A DNA stretch of 64,000 nucleotides from an uncultured Actinomycetes bacterium (GTDB lineage Bacteria; Actinomycetota; UBA4738; JBBDTT01): NCBI GenBank assembly GCA_963742735.1, contig CAVUMN010000003.1, forward strand, positions 307,317-371,316, in the 5' to 3' direction. Numbering within the stretch: the first letter of the stretch is position 1; each line of letters opens with the position of its first letter. Below the pieces are notes generated by a model that saw only the letters and a program-made list of their open reading frames with translations, had not been told where the DNA came from and did no database searches. The translations under genes were made by a program, and so were the position numbers. This document shows, piece by piece, positions 21,312 through 30,229 of this stretch.

Positions 21312-21782
21312 GTGTGGGGACTTCGGCGCTCCGTGCTGGCCGAGCTCCGGCCGGAGGACGGCCGGCTCCCGCTCGCCCTCATCGAGGACGCCCGCGTCGA
21401 CCCTGAGCGGCTGGGGGAGCTGATCGAGGGCGTCGACGCGCTGGCCGCCCGGTGGGACGTCGAGATCGTCCACTACGGCCACGCGGCGGCCGGGACCCTG
21501 CACCTGCGGCCGCTGCTTGACCTTCGCCGGGACGAGCATCGGCGGGCGGCCGTGGCGATCGTCGCGGACCACGCCGACCTGGTGGCCTCGCTGGGGGGCT
21601 CGATCGCCAGTGAGCACGGGCTCGGCCTGGCTCGTTCCTGGCTGGTGCCGAGGGCCTACCCGGCCGAGACGGTGCGGGCCTGGCAGGCGCTGAAGGCCGA
21701 GTTCGACCCGGACGGGATCATGAACCCCGGCCGCGTCGTGCCCGACCGCGAGACGTTCCCCGCGGAGTTGCTGGCGCGCTGA
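21312..21782 (+). CDS. FAD-linked oxidase C-terminal domain fragment (continuation of 20387..21289 in another frame)
   Basis: ...VHYGHAAAGTLHLRPLL...SEHGLGLARSWLVPRAY...FDPDGIMNPGRVV typical FAD-oxidase C-terminus; upstream in-frame residues DEALAALGELADPDRIVVGDD overlap previous ORF. Confidence 0.6.
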   Translation: MWGLRRSVLAELRPEDGRLPLALIEDARVDPERLGELIEGVDALAARWDVEIVHYGHAAAGTLHLRPLLDLRRDEHRRAAVAIVADHADLVASLGGSIASEHGLGLARSWLVPRAYPAETVRAWQALKAEFDPDGIMNPGRVVPDRETFPAELLAR

Positions 21783-22883
21783 CTACGCCGGAGCGGCCAG
21801 CTCGGGGCGGGTGTCCACGCCCAGGTGGTCCCGCTCCCAGTCATAGAAGTCGTCGGTGAAGTACCGCACCCGGACCTTCTTGTACTCCTTCGACGAGTAC
21901 AGGACGGCCCGGTCGGTGAGCCCCGTGTCCGCGGCGATGGCCTCGACGACCTCCTCGCACGACTCCTTCGAGCGGCCGTGGATCATCGAGAAAAGGTTGT
22001 ACGGCCAGTCCTCGTACACGGGCCGCTGGTAGCAGTGGGAGACGTTGCGGTACGAGGCCATCAGCGGGCCGTACTCGCCGACCTTCTCCTCGGGGACCTT
22101 CCACACGGCCATCGCGTTCGCGGTGTAGCCGGCGTGTCGATGGAACAGCACGGCCGCGAACCTGCGCATGTACCCGCGGTCGACGAACCCCTGGGCGGCC
22201 TCGAGGACCTCGTCCTCGGTCATGTCCAGGCGCCGGCCCATGGCCGCAAAGGGCCGGGGGATCAGCTCGATGTCCTCCTGGAGCTCGCGGATGATGGCGA
22301 TGTCCCGGGCGGACAGCCCCGGGTCGCCCGCCTGGCCGCGCTTCCATGCCTCGAGGTACTTCGGGTCCGGCCCCGACGTCGCCGTGCGCTCGGTGACCGA
22401 CCGGTTGCCGACCATGTCCAGGTCAACGCCGATCTTGAACATCCGCAGGGTCTGAAGGACCCGCGTGGCGGTGGCCCCGGTCTCCTCGTGGAGGCGGTCC
22501 ACGTGGGCCTGGAGCTCGCTCGTGTATGGGACCGCCACGGTGAACCACAGGTTGAACTCGTGGTTGCGACGGTAGTTGTGGGACACGCCGGGATGGGCGT
22601 TGATGAGCTCGGCGGCGGCCTCGAGGCGCTCTTTCGGCACCGCCATCGCCACCAGCGAGGACCGGTACCCGAGGGCGCGCGTGTCGAAGATCGCGGAGAC
22701 CTGTCGGATGACGTGCTCGTCCTTCAGCCGGCCGATCCGCTCGAGGGCGTCGTCCTCCGTCGTCCCCAGCCGCTCGCCGAGCGTCGCGAAGGGCGTCCCG
22801 GTGACGGGGAAGTCGTTCTGGATGACGTTCAGCAGCTCGCGATCGAGATCATCCACGGGAGCGAACCCTACTAGCTCATACAA
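21783..22883 (-). CDS. tandem AsnC/Lrp-type domain protein, siroheme decarboxylase NirDL/AhbAB-like
   Basis: Two repeats each with HTH + GVSHNYRRNHEFNLWF / NVSHCYQRPVYEDWPYNLFSMIH motifs characteristic of NirD/AhbA family. Confidence 0.6.
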   Translation of the reverse strand: MYELVGFAPVDDLDRELLNVIQNDFPVTGTPFATLGERLGTTEDDALERIGRLKDEHVIRQVSAIFDTRALGYRSSLVAMAVPKERLEAAAELINAHPGVSHNYRRNHEFNLWFTVAVPYTSELQAHVDRLHEETGATATRVLQTLRMFKIGVDLDMVGNRSVTERTATSGPDPKYLEAWKRGQAGDPGLSARDIAIIRELQEDIELIPRPFAAMGRRLDMTEDEVLEAAQGFVDRGYMRRFAAVLFHRHAGYTANAMAVWKVPEEKVGEYGPLMASYRNVSHCYQRPVYEDWPYNLFSMIHGRSKESCEEVVEAIAADTGLTDRAVLYSSKEYKKVRVRYFTDDFYDWERDHLGVDTRPELAAPA

Positions 22884-22921
22884 TGGCCGTGCTCGCCGAC
22901 CGGCCTGCGTAAGGAGATGTC

Positions 22922-23962
22922 ATGCAGGGGCGCGATCTCGCCATCGACCTCGGCACCGCCAATACGCTGGTGTACCGGCATCAGCAGGGGATCGTGTTCA
23001 ACCAGCCGACGGTCATCGCCCTCAACTCCAAGAGCGGCGAGGTCCTGGCCATGGGCGACGACGCCTGGGAGATGATCGGGCGCACCCCCGCCTACATCGT
23101 CGCCGTCCGCCCCCTTCGGCGGGGCGCCATCACCGACTTCGACATCACCCAGAGGATGATCAAGCTCATCCTCAAGCGGGTGGGGGTCACCCGCTTCGCC
23201 CGGCCGAGGGTCCTGATCTGCGTGCCGTCCGCGATCACCGAGGTCGAGCGCCGGGCGGTCGAGGAGGCGGCGACCTCGGCCGGGGCCCGGTCGGTGAGCC
23301 TGATCGAGGAGCCGATGGCCGCGGCCATCGGGGCGGGGCTCCCCATCCACGAGCCCGTCGGCAACCTTGTGGTGGACATCGGCGGTGGCACCTCGGAGAT
23401 GGCCGTCGTGTCCATGGGCGGCCTGGTCACCAAGCGCGCCATCCGCGTGGGCGGGTTCGACCTTGATTCCTCGGTCCAGGCGCACATCCGGCGGGAGTAC
23501 GGCCTGGCCATCGGCGAGAAGACCGCCGAGCAGCTGAAGATCGCCATCGGCTCCGCGTACCCGACCTCCGAGTCGCGGACGGCGGAGATCCGGGGGCGCG
23601 AGGTGTCCACGGGGATGCCGAAGGTCGTCGAGCTCTCCGAGGACGAGATCCGGGAGGCCCTTTCCGAGAACGTTCGGATGATCGTGGAGGCCACCCGGCA
23701 ATGCCTGTCCGAGTGCCCGCCCGAGCTCGCTCACGACGTGCTGGAGCGGGGAATCTTCCTGACCGGGGGCGGCGGCCTGCTCCGCGGGATCGAGGCCCGG
23801 CTGGCCCAGGAGTGCGAGGTGCCGGTGAACCTGACCGAGCAGCCCCTGGAGACCGTGGTGCTCGGCGCCGGCCGGCTGCTCGACTACCTCCCCGACCTGG
23901 AGGGCAGCTTCTTCATGAGCCCGAGCGCCGGCGTGCACGGGCGTCTCGGCAAGCGCCGGTGA
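22922..23962 (+). CDS. mreB: rod shape-determining actin-like protein MreB
   Basis: MQGRDLAIDLGTANTLVY...IEEPMAAAIGAGLPI...LTGGGGLL canonical MreB. Confidence 0.93.
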   Translation: MQGRDLAIDLGTANTLVYRHQQGIVFNQPTVIALNSKSGEVLAMGDDAWEMIGRTPAYIVAVRPLRRGAITDFDITQRMIKLILKRVGVTRFARPRVLICVPSAITEVERRAVEEAATSAGARSVSLIEEPMAAAIGAGLPIHEPVGNLVVDIGGGTSEMAVVSMGGLVTKRAIRVGGFDLDSSVQAHIRREYGLAIGEKTAEQLKIAIGSAYPTSESRTAEIRGREVSTGMPKVVELSEDEIREALSENVRMIVEATRQCLSECPPELAHDVLERGIFLTGGGGLLRGIEARLAQECEVPVNLTEQPLETVVLGAGRLLDYLPDLEGSFFMSPSAGVHGRLGKRR

Positions 23963-24813
23963 CGTTCTCGATCGTCGCGTTCGATGCCGCGAACGGCGAC
24001 CTGGGCGTTGCGGTCGCGTCGAGGTTCCCCGCGGTTGGCGTGGTCGTCCCGTGGGCGCGAGCGGGCGTCGGCGCCGTGGCCACCCAGGCGTGGGCGCTGA
24101 CGTCGTACGGGCCCGACGGCCTCGCCCTCATGGGCGCCTCGAACTGCTCGGCTCCCGTCGCCCTCGAGCGGCTGGTGGAGGCCGACGCGCGCCACGACGA
24201 CCGGCAGGTGGGCATGGTGGATGCGGCCGGTCGGGCCGCGACGTTCACCGGCACCAAGTGCATGGACTGGGCCGGCGGCCGCACCGGGGAGGGGTACGCC
24301 GCCCAGGGCAACATCCTGGCCGGGCCGGGCGTGGTCGACGCGATGTGCGCGGCGTTCGAGTCCACCGAGGGGGATCTCGTCGACCGCCTGCTGGCGGCCG
24401 TGCTGGCCGGGGACGTCGCCGGCGGTGATCGCCGGGGGAAGCAGTCGGCGGCGCTCCTGGTGGTTCGGGAGCGGGGAGGGTACGAGGGCGCCACGGATCG
24501 GTACGTGGATCTCCGTGTGGACGACCACCCCGAGGCTCCCTTGGAGCTGGCCCGGGTCTTCGAGGTGTACGACCGGGAGATGCTGATCCGCAACGACCCG
24601 CTGCTGGCCGCGACGCCGGACCTGGTGGCGGACCTCCAGCGGCGACTGGCCGCCCTCGGCCGATTCGCGGGCGAGGACACCGGCGAATACGACGAGCTCA
24701 CCCGCGACGCCATCGCCTCGTTCGCCGGCGAGTACAACCTTGAGGGCCGCCTGCGCGAGGACGACCAGATCTCCGACACGCTGGTACGGGAGATCCGCGA
24801 CCTGACGCCCTGA
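23959..24813 (+). CDS. DUF1028 (Ntn-hydrolase-like) protein with C-terminal peptidoglycan-binding-like domain
   Basis: GTG start overlapping mreB stop (GTGA); VTFSIVAFDAANGDLGVAVASRF; C-terminal GEYDELTRDAIASFAGEYNLEG resembles PG_binding_1. Confidence 0.65.
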   Translation: MTFSIVAFDAANGDLGVAVASRFPAVGVVVPWARAGVGAVATQAWALTSYGPDGLALMGASNCSAPVALERLVEADARHDDRQVGMVDAAGRAATFTGTKCMDWAGGRTGEGYAAQGNILAGPGVVDAMCAAFESTEGDLVDRLLAAVLAGDVAGGDRRGKQSAALLVVRERGGYEGATDRYVDLRVDDHPEAPLELARVFEVYDREMLIRNDPLLAATPDLVADLQRRLAALGRFAGEDTGEYDELTRDAIASFAGEYNLEGRLREDDQISDTLVREIRDLTP

Positions 24814-24816
24814 CCG

Positions 24817-25164
24817 TTACGGCTCGGTGAGCCGGCTGGCCAGGGCCTGGTTCACGAAGTGGGCCACCATCCAGACCGCACCCGCCCCGAACCCGGCGAG
24901 GCCGGCGACGAGGACCACGAGACGCACGACCGACCATCCGCGACGCGGCGGCTCCACCGGCGTGGGTTGGAACGCGATCGACGAGGCTGCGAGGGGGATG
25001 CCGGCGTCCGTTACCGGGAGCGCCGTCACCTCGAAGGCATCCTCGAAGCGAACCCGGCGGCGTTCCCGGCGGCCTCGGGGGAGTCCCGAGGGGCCGAGCG
25101 TGAGCCGCCAGACGACGGCGCCGGCGATGCCCGTGGCCAGGAGCAGGACGACCAGTTCCTTCAC
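24817..25164 (-). CDS. small membrane protein (hypothetical, 2 TM)
   Basis: GTG start (VKELVVLLLATGIAGAVVW...); second TM VVRLVVLVAGLAGFGAGAVWMVAHF; convergent with DUF1028 gene (3-nt gap). Confidence 0.4.
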   Translation of the reverse strand: MKELVVLLLATGIAGAVVWRLTLGPSGLPRGRRERRRVRFEDAFEVTALPVTDAGIPLAASSIAFQPTPVEPPRRGWSVVRLVVLVAGLAGFGAGAVWMVAHFVNQALASRLTEP

Positions 25165-25258
25165 GCAGCGCAGCGTACCTCCCGTTCGAGCGCGATCCGA
25201 GCAGCGGCCTCGGCGTCGTCCGGGCGTCGCCCGACGCGCGGTGCCGTAGCCTGCGGCC

Positions 25259-26251
25259 GTGAACGACGGCGTACGTCGGGTGCTCGCGCTCGTCCCGGTC
25301 CTCGCCGCGGCGGTCGTGTTGGCGGCGGTGCCGCTGCCGTTGTTCGCCGTGGCCCCGGGACCGGCCCGCGACGTCGTGCCCCTCATTCAGATCGAGGGCC
25401 ATCGGACCTACGAGCCGTCGGGCGATCTGCTGCTGACGACGGTCACCGTCAACCACTCCACCGCCTTCGAGGCCCTCAGGGGATGGCTGGACGAGTTCTC
25501 CGACATCGTCCCTGAGCGGCTGATCCTTCCTCCGGGCCTGACGGAGGAGGAGGAGGACCAGATCTCGCGCTCCCAGATGGACGAGAGCAAGCTGACCGCG
25601 GCCGCCGTGGCGCTGGCCCGGGTCACCGACTATCCCCAGCGGCACGGCTCCGGAGCGCTGGTCCGCCGCGTCCAGGCCGGCTCGCCCGCCGACGGCCGAC
25701 TCTTCCCGGGCGACCTGATCGAACGGGTCGACGGGACGGCCGTCGGCTCGGTCGAGGACGTCGGCCGCTTGGTTCGCGCTGCAGGGATCGGCCGCCGGGT
25801 GAGCGTCGTGGTTCGCGTGGAGGACCAGACCCGGACGGTCCGGCTCCGGCCGCGCGAGCTGGAGCCCGACGGCGCGCCGAAGATCGGAGTGGAGCTGCTG
25901 GAGAGCTTCCCGTTCCACCTGCTGATCGAGAGCGGAGACATCGGAGGGCCGTCGGCGGGGTTGATGTGGACGATCGGCGTCATCGACCTGCTGACCCCGG
26001 GCGACCTCACCGGAGGTCGCCGCATCGCCGGCACCGGGACGATCGAGGTGGACGGCAACGTCGGTCCGATCGGGGGCATCGGGCAGAAGATCGTCGCCGC
26101 GGACCGGGCGGGTGCGGACGCCTTCCTCGTGCCCCGTGCCGACATGGCGGCGGCTCGGGAGGCCCAGACGGACCTGGAGCTCGTGCCGATCGACGACCTC
26201 GAGGATGCACTCGACTACCTGGTGTCCACGTGCGACTGTCAAGGGCTCTGA
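25259..26251 (+). CDS. PDZ domain + Lon-protease C-terminal (S16) domain protein (YlbL/SdrC-like)
   Basis: N-terminal TM, PDZ (GSPADGRLFPGDLIERVDG), Lon_C (GPSAGLMWTIGVIDLL...IAGTGTI...GGIGQKIVAA). Confidence 0.8.
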   Translation: MNDGVRRVLALVPVLAAAVVLAAVPLPLFAVAPGPARDVVPLIQIEGHRTYEPSGDLLLTTVTVNHSTAFEALRGWLDEFSDIVPERLILPPGLTEEEEDQISRSQMDESKLTAAAVALARVTDYPQRHGSGALVRRVQAGSPADGRLFPGDLIERVDGTAVGSVEDVGRLVRAAGIGRRVSVVVRVEDQTRTVRLRPRELEPDGAPKIGVELLESFPFHLLIESGDIGGPSAGLMWTIGVIDLLTPGDLTGGRRIAGTGTIEVDGNVGPIGGIGQKIVAADRAGADAFLVPRADMAAAREAQTDLELVPIDDLEDALDYLVSTCDCQGL

Positions 26252-26319
26252 GCGTGCCTGGGCGCTCCTGAGGGGGCGGAGGCCGGGCGTATACTCGGAG
26301 CGCCTCTGAGCCGGGTGAC

Positions 26320-28983
26320 ATGACCTCCACAACGCTGCTACCGCTGCATTTCGCGTCCCATCTGTTCACGCTCGTCGTGGCTACGGCCGCCGCGTTCGTG
26401 CTGGCCGGGCGCCAGTTCGGAACACGCCCGACGCGGCTCGCGGGCGGGCTCGGGTTCCTGACGCTGGCCGTCTACGAGGCCCTGCACGGATCGGCCCTGC
26501 TGGGGGAGACGTCGGCCGTGGGCGCCTACGTCCGCACGGCCGGATACGCGCTGATCGTCGGGTCGTCGGTCCTGTCCCGCGGCACCTCGCTCGCCGGGGT
26601 GGCGCTCGTGGCGCCCGTGCAGGCGATGGCCCCGGCGGCGGCGGCCCTCGCCGGGGGGTTCGGGCTCGCGTGGCACTCGGACCGGGACCGGGTCCACCTG
26701 GCGCTCGCTGCCGGCCTGGTGATGATCGGGGCGGGGGAGACCCTCCTGGCGCTCTCGGAGACCGGTACCGAGGGCGCCGTCGTCCTGTCGCACGCCGCCA
26801 GGTTCCTCGGATGGGGGTTGGTGGCCGCGGGCGTCATGTCCGCCAGTCGCAAGAGCATCCGGTTCCGGTTCGTCGCCTCGTTCGCCGCCGTCCTGCTGGT
26901 GGTGGTCCTGGCCGTCTCCTCCGCCATCACGCGCGTCATCGGGGACAACCTCCGCTCGGGGGCGGCGGCCCGCGTGGCCGATCAGACCCAAGCGCTCGAT
27001 GAGCGGTTCGAGCCGCAAGCGCTTGAGGCCGTCCAGCGTGCGTTCACCGCGGCGGACGGGTTCGCCAGCGCTGTGCAGGTCTCGGACCTGCCGGACAAGG
27101 AGCTGTACCGCGGGCTGCTCGAGGCGATCAACTCTCTGCTGGCCGACGTCGACTTCATGCTCGCGGTGGGTCCGAACAACGAGGTGCTCGCCCGGCGCGG
27201 TGTGAGCGCGGCGACCGCGGTCGAGCTGGCCGGATCGGACGTGACCCGTGAGGCCCTCGGCGGCCGGTTGTCCGCCTCGCTGGACGCGTTGAACGACATC
27301 GACCTGGCGGTGTTCGGCGCCGCTCCGCTGCGGTCGCCATCCCTGCCGGGCGCGATCCTGGTCGGCTATCGGGTCGACACGGGCCGGCTGGAGCTGTTCG
27401 CCCCCGGCACCCCCGCCTTCGTGGTCCGGGGACTGGTCATCTCGGCCTCCACCGTCGAGGGCGTCCTGCCGAAGACGCTGGTCCCCGAGCCCCTCGCGTC
27501 GCGAATCGAGACCGAGGCCGTCCAGCGGGGCGAGGCGTTCGGCACGACGGCGAACCTGGGGGGCACGGACTACTTCGTGTCGGTGCGACCGATGCTCCGT
27601 ACGGACGGCCGTCCGGTCGGTGCCCTGGTCGGCGTCGAGCCCTCGGAGATCCTGGCCGCCACGGAGCGGGGCGTGAATCGGGTCCTGTTCGTGGTCTCGC
27701 TCATCGCGGTGGCCGTCGCCATCCTGCTGTCCCTGTTGTTCGGCCGAAGGTTCACCCGGCCGGTGCGCCAGCTCACCGCGGCGGCCCGCCGCGTCCAGGC
27801 CGGTGACCTCTCGACCAAGGCTCCCGTATCGGGCGAGGACGAGGTGGGGGACCTGGCGGTGGCGTTCAACCGGATGACCGAGTCGTTGTCGGAGACCACC
27901 GCCTCGCTGCGGGACTCGGTCGAGCAGGAGGCGCGCGTCCGCGACCAGCTCGAGACGGTGCTGAACTCGATGGGCGACGGCCTGATCGCGGTGGACGGCT
28001 CGGGCAAGGTCGTGACCATCAACCCGGCGGCAGAGCGCATCGCGGGCATCACCGGAAGCCGGGCGGTGGGACGCGGCCTGTCGGAGGTCCTCGTCGGCCG
28101 CACGCGAGAGGGCCGCGCGTTGTCCACGAAGGAGAACCCTTCCGGCTTCGCGTTGCTTCGCCGGAAGGGGGCCGAGGTTCCCGTGGCGATCTCATCCGCG
28201 CCCATCCGGGGCGGTGGCGACGAGCTCCTGGGCCGGGTCTACGTGATCCGCGACCGCAGCCAGGAGGCGGAGGTCGAGCGGGTCAAGCGAGAGTTCCTGG
28301 CCACGGTCTCGCACGAGCTCCGGACGCCCCTGACCCCGATCGTCGGCTACTCGGAGCTCCTCACCCGCCGGGACTTCGACGCCACCCGGGTGACCGAGTT
28401 CGCCCGGGGGATCCTGGGCTCGGCACGGCGGATGGAGCGCATCGTCGGGATGCTCCTCGACTACTCCGCGATCGAGGCCGGCCGTATGCCGGTGGAGCCC
28501 GAGGCGGTCCAGCTGAAGCCGCTGGTCGCAAAGGTCATCGACGAGTGGCGTCCGCGGGCCCCGTCGCACGAGTTCGTTACCAGGTTCGCCACGTCGCCGC
28601 ATGCGTTGATTGACGTACCGTTGTTCCGCAGAACTATGGACGAACTTCTGGACAACGCGGTGAAATACTCGCCCGACGGTGGGACGATCACCGTCTCGGT
28701 GCGGCCCAACGGGCGTATCAACGGGAAGGCGGCGGTACAGGTGGAGGTTGCCGACCAGGGGATCGGGATCCCGGCGAAGCAGCTCCCGCGCGTCTTCCAG
28801 GACTTCCGGCAGATCGACGGCTCCGATACCCGGGCGTTCGGCGGCCTCGGCCTCGGCCTCGCCTTCGTGAAGCGCATCGTTCAGGCCCACCGCGGAACGA
28901 TTACGGCGGAGAGCCGCCCGGGCAAGGGCACGACGTTCAAGATCGGGCTCCCGGCGGCCGAAGCGAGATCTCGAAGACCATGA
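26320..28983 (+). CDS. sensor histidine kinase (multi-TM sensor, HAMP, PAS, HisKA, HATPase)
   Basis: About 6 N-terminal TM helices; HAMP (LAVAFNRMTESL), PAS (LNSMGDGLIAVDGSGKVVTINPAAERI), H-box SHELRTPL, G-box GLGLGLAFVKRIV. Confidence 0.9.
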   Translation: MTSTTLLPLHFASHLFTLVVATAAAFVLAGRQFGTRPTRLAGGLGFLTLAVYEALHGSALLGETSAVGAYVRTAGYALIVGSSVLSRGTSLAGVALVAPVQAMAPAAAALAGGFGLAWHSDRDRVHLALAAGLVMIGAGETLLALSETGTEGAVVLSHAARFLGWGLVAAGVMSASRKSIRFRFVASFAAVLLVVVLAVSSAITRVIGDNLRSGAAARVADQTQALDERFEPQALEAVQRAFTAADGFASAVQVSDLPDKELYRGLLEAINSLLADVDFMLAVGPNNEVLARRGVSAATAVELAGSDVTREALGGRLSASLDALNDIDLAVFGAAPLRSPSLPGAILVGYRVDTGRLELFAPGTPAFVVRGLVISASTVEGVLPKTLVPEPLASRIETEAVQRGEAFGTTANLGGTDYFVSVRPMLRTDGRPVGALVGVEPSEILAATERGVNRVLFVVSLIAVAVAILLSLLFGRRFTRPVRQLTAAARRVQAGDLSTKAPVSGEDEVGDLAVAFNRMTESLSETTASLRDSVEQEARVRDQLETVLNSMGDGLIAVDGSGKVVTINPAAERIAGITGSRAVGRGLSEVLVGRTREGRALSTKENPSGFALLRRKGAEVPVAISSAPIRGGGDELLGRVYVIRDRSQEAEVERVKREFLATVSHELRTPLTPIVGYSELLTRRDFDATRVTEFARGILGSARRMERIVGMLLDYSAIEAGRMPVEPEAVQLKPLVAKVIDEWRPRAPSHEFVTRFATSPHALIDVPLFRRTMDELLDNAVKYSPDGGTITVSVRPNGRINGKAAVQVEVADQGIGIPAKQLPRVFQDFRQIDGSDTRAFGGLGLGLAFVKRIVQAHRGTITAESRPGKGTTFKIGLPAAEARSRRP

Positions 28984-30173
28984 ACACGACCTCGAAGCGC
29001 CTCGTCGCCCTCCTCGCCTGCGTGGCGGTGATCGGGGCGGGCTGTGCCGGCTCCTCCGGCCCCGATCCGGTGGGCACCCTGACGCCGTTGTCGGGCACCG
29101 TCGAGATCCTGCGGGGTGAGGCCTGGGAGGTGGTCACCGATCCCCTCGAGCTCGCCCCGGGCGACCAGGTCCAGGCCAGCGAGAACGGGGCGGCCCGGTT
29201 GCAGGTGTCCGATGCCGGCTCGATCGAGATCGGGCCGTCCAGCCGGGTCCGGCTGAAATCGAACGGGTCCGAGCTCATGCAGGGCGCGGCCCTCGCGCAG
29301 GGATCGGGGTTCGAGCTGAGCCTGGGCCGAACCACGATCTCGCCCATGGACACGGCCGCCTTCAGGGTCGACCGGGGCCTGTCCACGACGGTCGGCGTCT
29401 ATCGCGGCGTCGCGGAGATCTCCGCGCTCGGCAACCCGGTGCAGGTCGACGCCCTGTGGCAGGCGGTGATCGTCGCCAACGCGGTGCCCACGGACCCCTC
29501 GCCGCTGGTGGTCTCGCCCACCGACGCGTGGGATCAATTGATGCTCGAGGACGCGATCGACGTCGGCCTCCGGCTCCGCCGGATCGAGCTCGGCGTCCGG
29601 GGGCAGCTCGATCGCCGGGCCGGGGCGGCCGAGCTCGTGGCCGAGGCCATGCCCGCTCCGCTGGCCCCGCAGCGGGTCCGGTCCCTGATCCGCGAGCACT
29701 CGGCCGGTGTCGGTACCGTCTTCGTGGCCCTCGCGCTGGCCACCGAGTCCGCGTCGCCGGGCGGCCTCCTTCGTACCACGAACACGATCCTGCACCGGCT
29801 CGAGCTGGGGGCCTCCTGGATCGTGGTGGTCGCGGCGCTCGATGTGGCCCGGCCCAACCTCCTGACGGCGATCGCCCGGATCCTCGCCGCGATCCCGGGC
29901 CTGATCGATCCGGACGCAATCGTGAACGACCCCACCAGCGATCCGGGCGGCGAACCGAGTCCGAACGACCCAAGCCCGCCGGGCGGCTGCACCGGCGACG
30001 ACTGTCCGCCGAGCCCGGATCCGAGCCCCACCCCCTGTCCGGAGGGCGACGACGCCTGCGCGGCGCAGGAGGCCGTGAACCAGGTCATCGAGGACATCAC
30101 CGGGGGCCTGGGCGGCCGCAACGAGCCGGAGCCGACGCCGACGCCGACCCTCCCGCCGCTCATCAAGCTCTGA
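28980..30173 (+). CDS. lipoprotein with FecR-like domain and Pro/Cys-rich C-terminus (hypothetical)
   Basis: ATGA overlap with kinase; signal RLVALLACVAVIGAGCAGS; VEILRGEAWEVV...QVSDAGSIEIGPSSRV FecR-like. Confidence 0.65.
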   Translation: MNTTSKRLVALLACVAVIGAGCAGSSGPDPVGTLTPLSGTVEILRGEAWEVVTDPLELAPGDQVQASENGAARLQVSDAGSIEIGPSSRVRLKSNGSELMQGAALAQGSGFELSLGRTTISPMDTAAFRVDRGLSTTVGVYRGVAEISALGNPVQVDALWQAVIVANAVPTDPSPLVVSPTDAWDQLMLEDAIDVGLRLRRIELGVRGQLDRRAGAAELVAEAMPAPLAPQRVRSLIREHSAGVGTVFVALALATESASPGGLLRTTNTILHRLELGASWIVVVAALDVARPNLLTAIARILAAIPGLIDPDAIVNDPTSDPGGEPSPNDPSPPGGCTGDDCPPSPDPSPTPCPEGDDACAAQEAVNQVIEDITGGLGGRNEPEPTPTPTLPPLIKL

Positions 30174-30229
30174 GTCACCCCGGCACCTAGTCCCCGCCCG
30201 ATCGGTGGGGCTTTGCTACGCTGCGGAGA

